Positions 41,451-57,137 of a DNA stretch of 64,000 nt are shown piece after piece. Positions within the stretch are counted from its first letter, which is position 1. The number at the start of each line of letters is the position of its first letter. The notes below the pieces were generated by a model that did no database searches, had not been told where the DNA came from, and saw nothing but the letters and a program-made list of their open reading frames with translations. Made by a program: the position numbers and the translations under genes. This DNA comes from Eledone cirrhosa (taxonomy: Eukaryota): contig CAXHJY010001504.1 of assembly GCA_964016885.1 (NCBI GenBank), positions 1 through 64,000 on the forward strand. Direction: 5' to 3'.

Positions 41451-44045
41451 GTAGTTATAGGGATGATGGTAGTTGTGGTGGTAGTAATAGAGATAATGGT
41501 GGTTGTGTTGGTAGTTATAGAGATGATGGTGGTTGTGATGGTAGTTATAGGGATGATGGTAGTTGTGGTGGTAGTAATAGAGATAATGGTGGTTGTGGTG
41601 GTAGTTATAGAGATGATGGTGGCTGTGGTGGTAGTTATAGAGATAATGGTGGTTGTGATGGTAGTTATAGGGATGATGGTAGTTGTGGTGGTAGTAATAG
41701 AGATAATGGTGGTTGTGGTGGTAGTTATAGAGATGATGGTGGCTGTGGTGGTAGTTATAGAGATAATGGTGGTTGTGGTGGTAGTTATAGAGATGATGGT
41801 AGTTGTGGTGGTAGTTATAGAGATGATGGTGGTTGGGGTGGTAGTTATAGAGATGATGGTGGTTGTGATGGTAGTTATAGGGATGATGGTAGTTGTGGTG
41901 GTAGTAATAGAGATAATGATGTTTGTGGCGGTAATTTATAGAGATGATGGTGGTTGTGGTGGTAGTTATAGGGATGATGGTAGTTGTAATGGTAGTAATA
42001 GAGATAATGCTGGTTGTGGTGGTAGTTATAGAGATGATGGTGGTTGTGATGGTAGTTATAGGGATGATGGTAGTTGTGGTCGTAGTAATAGAGATAATGC
42101 TGGTTGTGGTGGTAGTTATAGAGATAATGGTGGTTGTGGTGGTAGTTATAGAGATGATGGCAGTTGTGGTGGTACTTATAGAGATAATGGTGGTTGTGGT
42201 GGTAGTTATAGAGATGATGGTCGTTGTGGTGGTAGTTATAGAGATAATGGTGGCTGTGGTGGTAGTTATAGATATGATGGTAGTTGTGGTGGTACTTATA
42301 GAGATAATGGTGGTTGTGGTGGTAGTTATAGAGATAATGGTGGTTGTGGTGGTAGTTATAGAGATGATGGTAGTTGTGGTGGTAGTTATAGAGATAATGG
42401 TGGTTGTGGTGGTAGTTATAGAGATGATGGTGGTTGTGATGGTAGTTATAGAGATGATGGTAGTTGTGGTGGTAGTTATAGAGATAATGGTGGTTGTGGT
42501 GGTAGTTATAGAGATGATGGTCGTTGTAGTGGTAGTTATAGAGATAATGGTGGCTGTGGTGGTAGTTATAGATATGATGGTAGTTGTGGTGGTAGTTATA
42601 GAGATAATGGTGGTTGTGGTGGTAGTTATAGAGATAATGGTGGTTGTGGTGGTAGTTATAGAGATGATGGTGGTTGTGATGGTAGTTATAGAGATAATGG
42701 TGGTTGTGTTGGTAGTTATAGAGATGATGGTCGTTGTGGTGGTAGTTATAGAGATGATGGTGGTTGTGGTGGTAGTTATAGAGATAATGTTGGTTGTGGT
42801 GGTAGTTATAGAGATGATGGTAGTTGTGGTGGTAGTTATAGAGATAATGGTGGTTTTGGTGGTAGTTATAGAGATGATGGTGGTTGTGGTGGTAGTTATA
42901 GAGATAATTGTCGTTGTGGTGGTAGTTATAGAGATAATGGTGGTTATAGTGGTAGTTATAGAGATGATGGTAGTTGTGGTGGTAGTTATAGAGATGATGG
43001 TGGTGTGGTGGTAGTAATAGAGATGATGGTATTAGTGGTGGTAGTTATAGAGATGATGGTGGTTGTGGTGGTAGTTATAGAGATAATGGTGGTTGTAGTG
43101 GTAGTTATAGAGATGATGATAGTTGTGGTGGTAGTTATAGAGATAATGGTGGTTGTGGAGGTAGTTATAGAGATGATGGTGGTTGTGATGGTAGTTATAG
43201 AGATGATGGTAGTTGTGGGGTAGTTATAGAGATAATGGTGGTTGTGGTGGTAGTTATAGAGATGATGGTAGCTGTGGTGGTAGTTATAGAGATAATGGTC
43301 GTTGTGGTGGTAGTTATAGAGATAATGGTGGTTGTGGTGGTAGTTATAGAGATAATGCTGGTTGTGGTGGTAGTTATAGAGATGATGGTGGTTGTAATAG
43401 AGATGATGGTAGTTGTGGTGGTAGTTATAGAGATTATGATAGTTGTGGTGGTAGTTATAGAGATAATGGTGGTTGTGGTGGTAGTTATAGAGATGATGGT
43501 GGTTATGGTGGTAGTTATAGAGATAATGCTGGTTGTGGTGGTAGTTATAGAGATGATGGTAGTTGTGGTGGTAGTTATAGAGATGATGGTGGTTCTGGTG
43601 GTAGTAATAGAGATGATGGTGGTTGTGGTGGTAGTTGTAGAGATGGTGATGGTTGTGGTGGTAGTTATAGAGATGATGGTAGTTGTGGGGTAGTTATAGA
43701 GATAATGGTGGTTCTGGTGGTAGTAATAGAGATGATGGTGGTTGTGGTGGTAATTGTAGAGATGATGATGGTTGTGGTGGTATTTATAGAGATGGTGGTG
43801 GTAGTTGTAGAGATGATGGTGGTTGTGATGGTAGTTATAGAGATGGTGGTGATAGTTGTAGAAATGATGGTGGTTGTGATGGTAGTTGTGGTGGTAGTTA
43901 TAGAGATGATGGTGGTTCTGGTGGTAGTTGTAAAGATGATGGTGGTTCTGGTGGTAGTTGTATAGATGATGGTGGTTGTGGTGGTAGTTGTTGAGATGAT
44001 GGTGGTTGTGGTGGTAGTTATAGAGATGATGGTGGTTGTGGTGGT
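41440..44045. repeat. 30-bp minisatellite GGTGGTTGTGGTGGTAGTTATAGAGATGAT, about 85 copies
   Basis: Strict 30-bp period with a few indels; degenerates at the 3' end. Confidence 0.97.
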
Positions 44046-44424
44046 GGCGGCGACGATGGTAGTGGTTTTTATTGATGGTTGTTTTATTGATAGAGTGGTT
44101 GTGATGATGATGATGGTGGCAGTTGCTACTGATGGTTGCGTTGGTAGTTGTAGAGGTGGTGGTGGTGGTGGTGGCACTGTTACAGTTGAGCTCTGGGGCT
44201 GCTGCATAAGTTTGTTTAAGAGTCATGGTTGTTGTTGTTGTTGTTATTGATGCTGTTATTAAGGGGCTGTTATTGTTGATGTAGCAATTCTTGCTGTTTT
44301 TTTTTGCTTTTATTGACATTGCTGCTGTTGTTGTTGTTGTCGTTGTTGCTGCTGCTGCTATTGTTGTTGTTGTTGTTGGTTGATGAGGCTTTGTATCCCG
44401 TTATCTTTTGCCAGTATTACCAGC

Positions 44425-44472
44425 TGATTAGTTTGTCAGTTAAGATAATTATCTTAACTGATAAACTAATCA
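44425..44472. repeat. 48-bp spacerless palindrome (1 mismatch)
   Basis: TGATTAGTTTGTCAGTTAAGATAA|TTATCTTAACTGATAAACTAATCA. Confidence 0.9.
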
Positions 44473-45167
44473 TCATATCATCATCATCATCATAATAATA
44501 ATCATCATCATCATCATCGTCATCCTCGCCATTATCATCGCCATTATCATCATGATCATCATCATTATATTCATCACCATTATCGTTATCAACGTCGTCA
44601 TCATCATCATCATCATCATCATCATTATCGTCGTCATCATCATCATTAACATCATCATCATCATCATCATCTTCCAAATCATCATCACCCACCACCACAA
44701 ACACCATTGTTACCATCACTACCCCCACCACGATCGCCACCAGCACAAACCCCCGCCGACACCACCATTATCATTACCATCATCATCAACATAGTAATTA
44801 AAAAAATAAGAAAAACAACTTGAATTAAAATGAAACAAAATATAATATACATATACAGAACATATATACACATACAAATACATATATACACATACAAATA
44901 TATATACATACGCAAACAAATATAATATACATACAAATACATATATACACATACAAATATATATATAAACGATTGAAATAAAATCGAAGATTAAATAAGA
45001 TAAGATAATAGTAATAACGAAATAGAAAAATGTTTAAAAAAGAAATTCAAAGAAGAAAATTAAGAAAAATAATAAAACCAAGATGGCTTCCATTAGACTA
45101 ACTGGATAAGTGAAGACATCTACCTTATTATATATCTTTTTTTTCTCTCTCTCTCTCAGTCTCTCTC

Positions 45168-45291
<124 letters not shown>

Positions 45292-45320
45292 CACGTGTAT
45301 TTATATACATACAAACATTC

Positions 45321-45381
<61 letters not shown>

Positions 45382-45530
45382 TGTATATATGTATGTATAT
45401 ATATATATATATATATATACATATATGTATATATGTATGTATGTATATATTATATATATACATACATATATACATATATGGTGTATGTATATATATATAT
45501 ATGTATATATATATCTATATATATATGTAC

Positions 45531-45564
<34 letters not shown>

Positions 45565-45772
45565 GAATGTTTGTAGGTATATACATACACATGTGTATGT
45601 ATACATGTATACATCACATTTTAACATATTCTTTGGAAGACTTTACTCTTGGGTATTAAGTTTAGTAGAAGAAAACTATGTTGAAGTTTATCGGATGGAC
45701 CACACATGAAATTTAAAAACCGTACCTGTAATTTAAAGAGTTGGCTTTCTAACGTCCTTTTTATTAATATTA

Positions 45773-46183
45773 TGGATTGGCAGAATCGGTAGAGGGTCGG
45801 ACGCCATGCTTTGTAGCTTAGAGTTATGGTCCTTTACGGTCTGAGTTCAAATCCCGCCGAGGTTAAGTTTGCCTTTCATCCTTACGGGGTCAATAAAATA
45901 AAGAACCAGTCCCGCACTAGGGTCGATTTAATCGGCTTTCCCCTCCCCCTTGTGCCTATATAAGAAACCATTATTATTTGGCAGTATTGGTAGAGGCTCG
46001 GACGCCATGCTTTGACACATAGTTACGGCCCTTGCCATTCGGAGTTCAAATCCCGCCGAGGTTAACTTTGCTTTTCATCCTTACGGGGTCGATAAAATAA
46101 AGTACCAGTCACGCACTGGGGTCAGTTTCATCGAATTTTCCCCTCCTCCCCAAATTGCTGGCCTTGTGCCTATATAAGAAACC

Positions 46184-46198
<15 letters not shown>
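45773..46198 (+). mobile_element. Two full-length head-to-tail SINE family 1 copies
   Basis: Each has an A-box, B-box, core and (ATT)n tail. Confidence 0.9.
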
Positions 46199-46241
<43 letters not shown>

Positions 46242-46318
46242 GGTGTGAGGTTCACCACTGTATAGAGCTGGTCTTTATCTATGGATTTTATCTATTACAT
46301 TCACGTATTATATTTTGA

Positions 46319-46376
46319 ATACCTGATGATATCACTGGATTCATACGGAACCCGGTCATTAAAATGATCATAGTAT
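46319..46376 (+). ncRNA. Degenerate type I hammerhead (G12>A)
   Basis: ATAC-CTGATGA-stem II-AAAA-TGATCA-TA-GTAT followed by AATAAA; palindromic stem III. Confidence 0.55.
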
Positions 46377-46422
46377 AATAAACCTTTCAAGGATTTACAC
46401 AAATCCAGCCTCCTGTCATTTG

Positions 46423-46449
<27 letters not shown>

Positions 46450-46453
<4 letters not shown>

Positions 46454-46634
46454 GTAGGCCAGAATTCATGACTCATTTGTTTTATTATTAATTAAATGTG
46501 TACATTTGTATGCTTACCGTATCTTGTTCATGATCTTATGCCTGTATATGGTATTATATTCCTTAACTTGTTTTATAATATTTTGTGTTAATAGATCTAT
46601 ATATAATCAAGTCAGTCATGAATTCTGGCCCACC

Positions 46635-46637
<3 letters not shown>
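46450..46637. mobile_element. Tc1/mariner MITE, 188 bp, in (TA)n
   Basis: 24-bp TIRs CAGAGTAGGCCAGAATTCATGACT / AGTCATGAATTCTGGCCCACCCTG; TA flanks. Confidence 0.85.
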
Positions 46638-46714
<77 letters not shown>

Positions 46715-46726
46715 TTAATATAGATG

Positions 46727-46777
46727 AGATTCTACAGGACTAGAACTGTTTCATTCATTAGAAATCATCAGGAATCT
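46727..46777 (-). ncRNA. Type I hammerhead ribozyme (family C)
   Basis: Minus strand AGATTC-CTGATGA-T-TTC-TAAT-GAA-T-GAAA-CAG-TTCTAGTC-CTG-TA-GAATCT. Confidence 0.8.
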
Positions 46778-47548
46778 TGGTATCAAAAATAAAAATGGTA
46801 TTTATAGGTCTCTACATATATATATATATGTGTGTGTATGTGTAAGTTCCAATAAAACATTCATCAATACGTAAAAAAACCCCACACGAATAAATAAACA
46901 AGCAAAAAAAAAAAAAGCCCAAGCGGCGTGGGGGGAGTAGACTCTCCATTCACTGTTAGCCACGCTCCCGCCAAAACTATGACATCGTAGTTTAGTCGTG
47001 TCATAAGTTATCGCTAATGTCTCTATCATAAGAATAGGACGGGGTTAACTAGTACAAGTAGAACTTGTCTTTATCATTCTAATTGCTGGGTAATTAGTTA
47101 TAGGAGCTGAATTGCAGCGGTGGTGGAAGGGTGGTGTGGTGGCTATGGTGGTGGTGGCTATGGTGGTCAGTGTGGTGATGACCATGGCGTTGGTGGTGGT
47201 GGCGTAGGCTGTAGTTGTAGTAGTGGTGGCGGTGGCGGTGGTGGTGGCTTTGGCAGTCAGAGCCGTGGTGGTGGTGATGGCTGAGGCGGTCAGAGTGATG
47301 ATGACCGTGTTGTTGTTGTTGTTGTTGTTGTGATGGTGGTGGCGGTAGGTTTAGCGGTCAGACTGGTGATGACCGTGTTGGTAGCGGTAGTTGTAGTTGT
47401 TGTGGCGGCTGTAGTTGTGGTAGTGGCGGTCAGAGTGGTGATGACCGTGGTGTTGGTGGTGTCTGGCCGACAGCGGTGGTTCCTGTGGTGGTGGTGGTGG
47501 TGGTGGTGGTTGCTGTGATGGTGGTTGCTGTAGTGGTAGTGGTGGTGG

Positions 47549-47581
<33 letters not shown>

Positions 47582-48038
47582 CTGTGATGGTGGTTGCTGT
47601 AGTGGTAGTGGTGGTGGTGGTGGTGGTGGTTATGGTGATGGTACTAGCTGTAGCGATGACGGTGGTGGTGCCGGCGGTGGTGGTGGTTCCTGTGGTAGTA
47701 GTGGTGGTGGTGGTGGTGGTGTCGATAGCAGCGACGACAGGCAAGTGGTATGGTTTGGTCTGGAAAGGTCTATGATAAGTGGTTTGGTGGACTTTTCAGT
47801 AGTAACAAATATACAGAAGTCACTTCGTACAAACCAATTTGCTAATGTTGTAGATAGTAGAGGAAGTAGGTGGAGGGGAGTGGGGGGGGGGCGAAGGAAG
47901 AAGAGGAGGAAGAGGGGGAAGAGGGGGGAGAAGGAGGAGAAGGAGCAAGAAAGAGAAGGTTGAGGAAAGAAAGAAAAAGAAGAAAATGAAGGAGAAGGGC
48001 GAGAAGCAGAAGACAACGTAGTTGTAGTAGCAGTAGTT

Positions 48039-48072
<34 letters not shown>

Positions 48073-48484
48073 TAGTTAGTAGTAATGCTAGTAGTTAGTA
48101 GTAGTAGTAGATGAAGAAGGAGGAAGAGGGGGGGAAGAAGAAGAAATAGAAATAGGAGGGGGAGGAAGAAGAAGAAGAAGAAAAAGAAGAAGAAGAAGAA
48201 GAAGAAGAAGAAGAAGAAGAAGAGGAATAGGGAAGAAGAAGAAAAGGAAAAAGAAGAAAGAGGAGGAGAAGAAGAAAAAGAAGAAATAGAAATAAGAGGG
48301 GGAGAAGAGGAAGACGAAGAAGAAGAAGAAGAAGAAGAAGAAGAAGAAGAAGAAGAAAAAACGTGTGTTTCTGTGTCAAATATAAATATATATAAATATG
48401 AAGATCTTTCCATACACACATGCAGTGTACCAATAGAACAAGATACTTCCGGCAAAGGATATGGACATGCTGTACCTGTATCTC

Positions 48485-49563
48485 ATCACCACAACCACCA
48501 CCACCACCACCACTCTACCACTACAACCAACACCATTACTGCCACCATCGCCACCACAACCACCACCATCACCACCACTCTACCACTACAACCAACACCA
48601 TTACTGCCACCATCGCCACCACCACCATCACCACCACTCTACCACTACAACCAACACCATTACTGCCACCATCGCCACCACAACCACCACCATCACCACC
48701 ACTCTACCACTACAACCAACACCATTACTGCCACCATCGCCACCACAACCACCACCATCACCACCACTCTACCACTACAACCAACACCATTACTGCCACC
48801 ATCGCCACCACAACCACCACCAACACCACCACTATTACCTCTACTAGCACCACCGTCATCATCATCACCACCCCCATCACCACCACCACCACCACTACCA
48901 CCACCACTACCACCAAGATTACTTCTACCAACACTATAACCAGTACAACCACTACTGCCACCATCACCACCACCACCACCAACAATACCACCACCAACAC
49001 CACCACTATTACCTCTACTAGCACCACCATCATCATCATCACCACCCCCATCACCATCACCACCACATCACCACTATTACCTCTACTAACACCACCATCA
49101 CCACCACCACCACCACCACCATCACCTCCACCACCACTACCCCCCACCATCAGTATCACTAACACCACCACTATCACAACTACCATCACCACCATCACCA
49201 TCACCACCACCACCACTATCACCACCACCAGCACCACCACCAGCACCAGCACCAGCAGCACCAGCACCACCACTCCCGCTTCCACCACCACCACCACCAC
49301 ACCACTACCACCACCACCACACCACTACCACCACCACCACACCACTACCACCACCACCACCGCCACTATCATCACCACCACCACCACCAGCACCATCACT
49401 GTTACCACCACCACCGCCATTACCACCACCACCACCACCACCACCACCACCACCACTATCTCCACCACCGCCACCACCACCATCTCCACCACCACCACTA
49501 CCACCGCCACCACCACTACCATCACCACCACCAACACCATCATCACCACAACCAGCACCACCA
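48485..49563. repeat. (ACC)n-derived tract including five ~65-bp units (48510-48825)
   Basis: CCACTCTACCACTACAACCAACACCATTACTGCCACCATCGCC is repeated. Confidence 0.9.
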
Positions 49564-49625
49564 CGTATCACGATTATCTCCAAACTCCAAAACAAACATG
49601 CCCCAATCTTCCAGCTGCAAACCAA

Positions 49626-49724
49626 CCAATCCAATCTAGAAAAGTTACAAACATTCGACAATGAATAAATATACAAACAAACAAACAACTGCTGGCGGCA
49701 GAAAGGTCACGTGGTACACTTCCG
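49626..49724. promoter_or_regulatory. Possible promoter motif cluster (2x CCAAT, GTCACGTG E-box, CACTTCCG ETS)
   Basis: Motifs at 49626, 49631, 49706 and 49717 in a short unique island; no transcript evidence. Confidence 0.25.
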
Positions 49725-49773
49725 ACAACATTGTTTCTTTTTTGTTTTTTTCTTCTTTTGTCTCTCTCTCACC

Positions 49774-49826
<53 letters not shown>

Positions 49827-50708
49827 ACGGTTTCTCTCTCTAACTCACCCTTTCTCTCTCTAACTCACCCTTTCTCTCTCTAACTCACCCTTTCTCTCTC
49901 TAACTCACCGTTTCTCTCTCTCTCACTCGTCGTTTCTTTATCTCTCTCTCTCTCTCTCTCTCTCTTACTCACAGTTTCTCTTTCTCTCTCTCATATACAC
50001 ACAGTTTCCCTTTCTTACTCTGTCCTCTCTCTCTCACCCCTCTCACCATTCCTCTCTTTCAATCACCCCTCTCCTCTCTCCTCTCTCTCTTTCTTATCCC
50101 TCTCACCATTCCTCTCTCTCAATCTCCCCTCTCATCTCTCTCTCTTACCCCTCTCACCATCCCTCTCTCTCAATCTCCACACTCACCTCTCTCCTCCCAT
50201 CTCAGATAATAGTTTGGTAAGTGTTGAATAATTCCTATGACAATAGCTTTGTTTATTCAAGACGTTTTACCATTATTCTCCCTATTCACTGCCATCAAAT
50301 AGTTTGCTATTGGAATATATAATTTAGGAAACAAAGACAATACTTAGAAATTAGCTCACTTTGTCACCTCACCTCCTTTCTACCACTCTGCCTCCACCCC
50401 TCCACCGCTTCTTCTTCTTCTTCTTCTTCTTCTTCTTCTTCTTCTTCTTCTTCTTCTTCTTCTTCTTCTTCTTCTTGTTCTTCTTGTTCTTCTTCTTCTT
50501 TCTTTCTTTCTTTCTTTCTTTTCTTCTGTTCTCTTCTGTCTTTCTCTATATTTTCTCTTTAATTGTTTAATATAAATTCTCTTTGGAAATTAATTTCGGG
50601 TGAAATCAATGAAAGAATTATATTTCTGTGAATTAATTGTCTCGGAATTAATTCATAGGTGTATGGAAGTGTGATTTGTTGTGGTGATAGTAATGATGAT
50701 GATGTATG

Positions 50709-50740
<32 letters not shown>

Positions 50741-50795
50741 AATGTGCGTGCGTGTGTGTATATATATATACACACACATAAATATATATATGTGC

Positions 50796-50922
<127 letters not shown>

Positions 50923-51253
50923 CATATATGTATATAGAAATTAAATGTTAGAGAAAACAATACCAAATTCTTGAACAAATATATTTAATGGTTGACAATT
51001 GTTTCGGAAACCATATCAGTATTCTGCACATACAGATGATAATTATCGATTATAAAATCGATAATAGTAAATGATAATAAAAAGCTCTGCTTATACAATT
51101 TGTTGCTTGACATTATTTCTCAGGCTTACTCACATTGTTCACTTGTTTTGCATCTAATACGTATTGAGTACACTGTCCCCTTTACTACTGGCATACAATT
51201 CTCAGAACTAATTTATTATCTCTCCTCCTCGATTAGTTTGTATGCTTAATTTT

Positions 51254-51393
<140 letters not shown>

Positions 51394-51532
51394 CATCACA
51401 CACATATTTCCACACAATACAATTAGTTAGCACCCCGAACGTTTAATTAGGAATATATTCACTTCTTTCCTAATGTTTGTTGAGTGAGTTGGGATTTGGC
51501 CGGAGTATCGCTATTAGCTTTCTCCGATAATG

Positions 51533-51581
<49 letters not shown>

Positions 51582-51596
51582 CCACATAAATATATA

Positions 51597-51640
<44 letters not shown>

Positions 51641-51759
51641 TATTCTCTCGCCCACTAGATATTAACACTTCTAATATTTAACACTGAAGGCACAAGTATT
51701 GAGCACCTTATAATAATTACATGTATCGCCTATCTATCCTTCTCTCTGTCGATACTTAA

Positions 51760-51837
<78 letters not shown>

Positions 51838-51935
51838 GATAAATCTACCAAGAGTTTACGGTAGTGTCCAATCCGTATGAAGAACTCAATGTAATCCGGA
51901 TATCATGGAAAGAAGAGATGCAATGAAAAATAATG

Positions 51936-52005
<70 letters not shown>

Positions 52006-52176
52006 CTGTAATTATTCTGTAATTTATATTCCGGCTCTGTAAAACATCTGATGTATTTACATTGAGGTATTTTTCTTACTGGTAATAAGGTGGTAATGAA
52101 TTACTGACCTTTCCTGTTTATAATTATATATAGTGTACATATAAGTATAAATAATATAATTATTTTATATATATAA

Positions 52177-52274
<98 letters not shown>

Positions 52275-53475
52275 ATGACTTTCCCTGCTAGTTCCGAATG
52301 CATCTCAGTGTACTCAATAGGCAATGTTATGTAAAATCCCAGAATAGACACATAGTTATTTGCTTTAATACAACACACGTAAATGGGTACCTTCAATCTA
52401 TACCTGTACTCAGCTACACTTAATGCAGCAATAGAGTGCATACCACCCACTGTCTGCATTTATTATGCAACAATGCACAATCGGTGCATGTGGCTTCATC
52501 AGCGGGTTTCGCCTAATCAATAACCAATCTATCGACAGAATTCGATTCCAGTCCGTGTTGGCTATGACAGTGAATGTGATGGTCAACACAGTAGTACATT
52601 AGCAACTGAAATCCCTACGCATCATCACAATGCCGTCAACCGATTGGCTAGCGGTTCAGAAATTTATGTGACGGTAGGAGGCGAAATTCAAATAGTTCCG
52701 CTCCCGCCATAAGCACTCAGCCAACGTATCTCAAACACAAATTAACAAGTGAGTGAAAAAATCGGTTATTAGAGAAAATCAGTCACTAATCACTGTACAA
52801 TAAAATGATAGTATTCGGCTCCAGTCTCCAAGTACCATGACGAAAAATAGTGCGACAGTAACAATTGTAGTGCCTTTCCAGGTATTAAATGCCAACAGGC
52901 GATTAGACAGCGATATAGAATAGCGCGCTGGTTAGAATTCGAATTCTAGATATTTCGACCAACAGCGTGCGTAAACCAGTCAATTTCACAACTTGTACGA
53001 TTCAATAGATGAGTGAGAGAGAAGGATAGATCATGTATTAGAGCGTATATTAAACAAAACAATAAAATATATGGAAAATGGTTCAACTTACTATTATTGT
53101 TAATCTACCAGTTGGGAGAAAATAAGTATACGTTGACGAGACTAGCATGAGTTTTAAGATATGTAAACAAGGTCGTTGGCCTTAGAATCATTGCGAATGT
53201 TTGAATTGTGAAGAGGAAATCGGGTAAAGTAACACTAGAGCCGTGAAACTGGACAGACGCACACACAACAAAGCAAACAACACACAACAATGATTAATAT
53301 AGAAGGAAGGGAGTGTTTACATTTTGGACACTAGTCCTTCATCAGAAGATATAGAATAATATATAAAAGATAACATAGAAAGATAGAGAGGGACAAGAGG
53401 AAGAGACGGAAAATATTTCTTCAGAAAAAACTCGTCTGTATACAGTCAAACATTACGTATATATATATATGTATG

Positions 53476-53530
<55 letters not shown>

Positions 53531-53738
53531 TCCGGGCGGGTTCAATCGGGGATAACTATAGTAAGTAAGGTACTCAATACATAACAGAGTATAAATATTT
53601 AATATAGAAATGGCTTCTACCGGACTAGAACTGTTTCATTCGAAGAATGAAGAAGTCATTTCTGTAGAAGTAATTTCTATATTAAATAAACACATTCATA
53701 TACAGTTGTACACACACGATAGACAACAGAGGCTACGT

Positions 53739-54036
53739 ATTGTCCCTCTCCGACTAAAAACTTCCCCCTCGGAAAACCCGCAGTTAATGGATGCGAAATC
53801 CGAAATATAGGGACAATTAAATCACTTCCAAGGTAACTCTATCTCGTGTTATTATTTTTACACTCTTTCCTACGTTCCTCTACACCCTATACATCTCATT
53901 CTAGATTTCCTCTTACATCTCTCTCATTACCACCTGATTCTGTTACCCGCAGATTTACCCATCTGCATTGTTGAGGCTTCCAAAACAACCAATTTTATTA
54001 TTCCACAATGCTTCAAGCAAACTTAACAATCTCTTA
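53739..54036 (+). mobile_element. Family G copy
   Basis: Homologous to the reverse complement of 32272-32600; ends in (TA)n. Confidence 0.7.
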
Positions 54037-54174
54037 TATATATATATAAATATATATATTCACCTTCATTCGTAATATATAATATATAATTATAAATTTG
54101 TGTGTGTGTATATATATATATAAATATATATATAATCACCTTCATTCGTAATATATAATATATAATTATAAATT

Positions 54175-54206
<32 letters not shown>

Positions 54207-54268
54207 CATGTTCATATATACATATAAATTTATATATACATAAATATTTTTATTCCTACATATATATG

Positions 54269-54354
<86 letters not shown>

Positions 54355-54630
54355 CATATATCCCTTCCACGTCACTCTATCCACACCCACATATCCAGGC
54401 ACCACCTTCATCTCCTTCTCTATCTCCCTTTCTCCAAAGACCCCCTCATCCCTATCACTAACCCACTCCATGCTATATTCCCCCGTTCATCTTACATTGA
54501 CATTCATGTCTTTCACTACGTAACAAGACAGATTTACATGAACAGTTAAATCTATTTTGATTCTGTGTTATGCTGAAATAGAATACTTGGATTTTTGAGG
54601 AAACACAGCAAGGAAGAATAGTATATATAT

Positions 54631-54755
<125 letters not shown>

Positions 54756-54769
54756 TATATATATATATA

Positions 54770-54823
<54 letters not shown>

Positions 54824-54826
54824 CAC

Positions 54827-54859
<33 letters not shown>

Positions 54860-55086
54860 TATATATATATATATATATAAATACATATATATATATATAT
54901 ATATATATTTATACATACGTACATATATAAAATATATATATATATATAAATGCATATATATATCCACACATATATTCATGTATATATATATATATATACT
55001 CATGTATATATATAAATATATGTATATCCACACACATATACCAATGTCTCTCTATATATATATATTCAGACATCTATACTCATATC

Positions 55087-55140
<54 letters not shown>

Positions 55141-55153
55141 TACATATATATAT

Positions 55154-55296
<143 letters not shown>

Positions 55297-55733
55297 CTGT
55301 CAATATTAGAACATTGCCCTCCCCAAATATAACAATACACGAATATATATATATATGTACATACAAACACACAAGTATATACGCACTGATATATATATAA
55401 ATACAGTCCCACACACAAACATAAAACTATGTACATAAAGACACAAAAGAATTGATCTTTATATTTCACAAATAAATACTTTTGTTATTATTAATATTGT
55501 TATTATTAGTTGTTGTTGTTGTTGTTGTTATTGTTGTGTAATATTGTAGTCTGTGTTACGATAGCTGTTATTGATATTGGTGTTGTTATCGGTGTTGTTG
55601 TCGTTGTTGTTCTTGTGTGAAATTCAAATTTTATCGGAGTTCCACTCGGGTTAACTTTCTGTCAGAATCAGCTTCCATTTCAAACGAAATTCCGGGAAAT
55701 ACGAGTTACCCTTCTTGCTGATGTAGTAGCAAT

Positions 55734-55782
<49 letters not shown>

Positions 55783-55892
55783 GTAGTAGTAGTAGTAGTA
55801 GTACTAGCAGCATCAGAAGCAGCAGCAGTAGTAGTAGTAGTAGTAATGAGAGTGTTGATTGTGGTGGTTGTAGTAGTAGTAGTAGTAGTAAT

Positions 55893-55927
<35 letters not shown>

Positions 55928-56216
55928 TAATGAGGGTGTTGGTTGTGGTGGTTGTAGTAGTGGTAGTAGTGACGACAGCATCAGTAACAGTCTTCTTCTT
56001 CTTCTTCTTCTTCTTCTTCTTCTTCTTCTTCTTCTTCTTCTTCTTCTTCTTCTTCTTCTTCTTCTTCTTCTTCTTCTATCTTTTGAATCGATTTCTGAGG
56101 AAACTAAAAATCAATTTTTCCAAAACATCGAAAAATTCGCGTTGTTTTCAAATTCCTTTCTCAAATTTACGACAACAACAACGCCTCCAATAACAATATA
56201 TATATATACATATATA

Positions 56217-56658
56217 CAATTGATATTAAATAAATGGAAACTATATTTATAAAGCCATATTTATTCTATTATATATTTTTCAAGGGTACCAAAAATTTTG
56301 GTACGCTATCATCAGATAAAATACAAAATGTTTTATAAATATTTGTCTTGACCAAGGATGATATACTTTAACGGTTCAAGTTATCCCTGGAAAGTATATA
56401 GGGATAACTTGAACCTTTAGGTATATCATCCTTGGTCATGTCAAATATTTATAAAACATTTTGTATTTTATCTGATGATAGCCTACCAAAATTTTTGGTA
56501 CCCTTGAAATATATATAATAGAATAAATATGGTTTTATAAATATAGTTTCCATTTATTTAATATCAATTGAATACTTACTCCAGAAAACTGTCGAGTGCT
56601 TTGAATCAGTTGTAAACATCTATATTTGTTGGATTTCCAACAAATTAAATATCTCTTA
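56217..56658 (+). mobile_element. Family D element: ~171-bp inverted arms (56217-56388 / 56400-56570) plus 3' tail; HHRs at 56262-56323 (-) and 56464-56525 (+)
   Basis: Direct alignment; 8-bp stem I, CTGATGA, GAAA-TATATA-TA. Confidence 0.85.
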
Positions 56659-56756
<98 letters not shown>

Positions 56757-56841
56757 TGGTTACACAACAGTTAGTTTCACCATACCGAGAACAATTGTTT
56801 CACCTTAGCGGATCTTCAGCTATATATATATACAGATGTGA

Positions 56842-57040
56842 GAAAAACCACAGACCCTCCATCTCAACTCACCTTTTGAAAAGCAGAAGAACTGCGAAAC
56901 CGGTAAAGGAACCAAATAAATATATATATTTTAAAAAAAATAAGACTTCAGTTGCATTTTCGATTTCATCCCTTTTTCTTTATACTTCCACTCGTGTAGG
57001 ACACCTCGGTTATTTTTCATTTTGTAAAAAAAAACCTCAC

Positions 57041-57047
<7 letters not shown>
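56842..57047 (+). mobile_element. Family B copy; U3-A8 HHR at 56872-56909
   Basis: Identical ribozyme motif to 18321-18358. Confidence 0.85.
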
Positions 57048-57097
<50 letters not shown>

Positions 57098-57137
57098 ATA
57101 TATATATAAAACCAAAATTGAATCTGTGTGCGTCCTA

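Noticed and set aside
52440-52512. Minus-strand ATGA-containing hairpin as a SECIS element or intact hammerhead
   Set aside because: No apical AA, no correctly placed 3' GA quartet, and no GAAA-stem III-UH after stem II.
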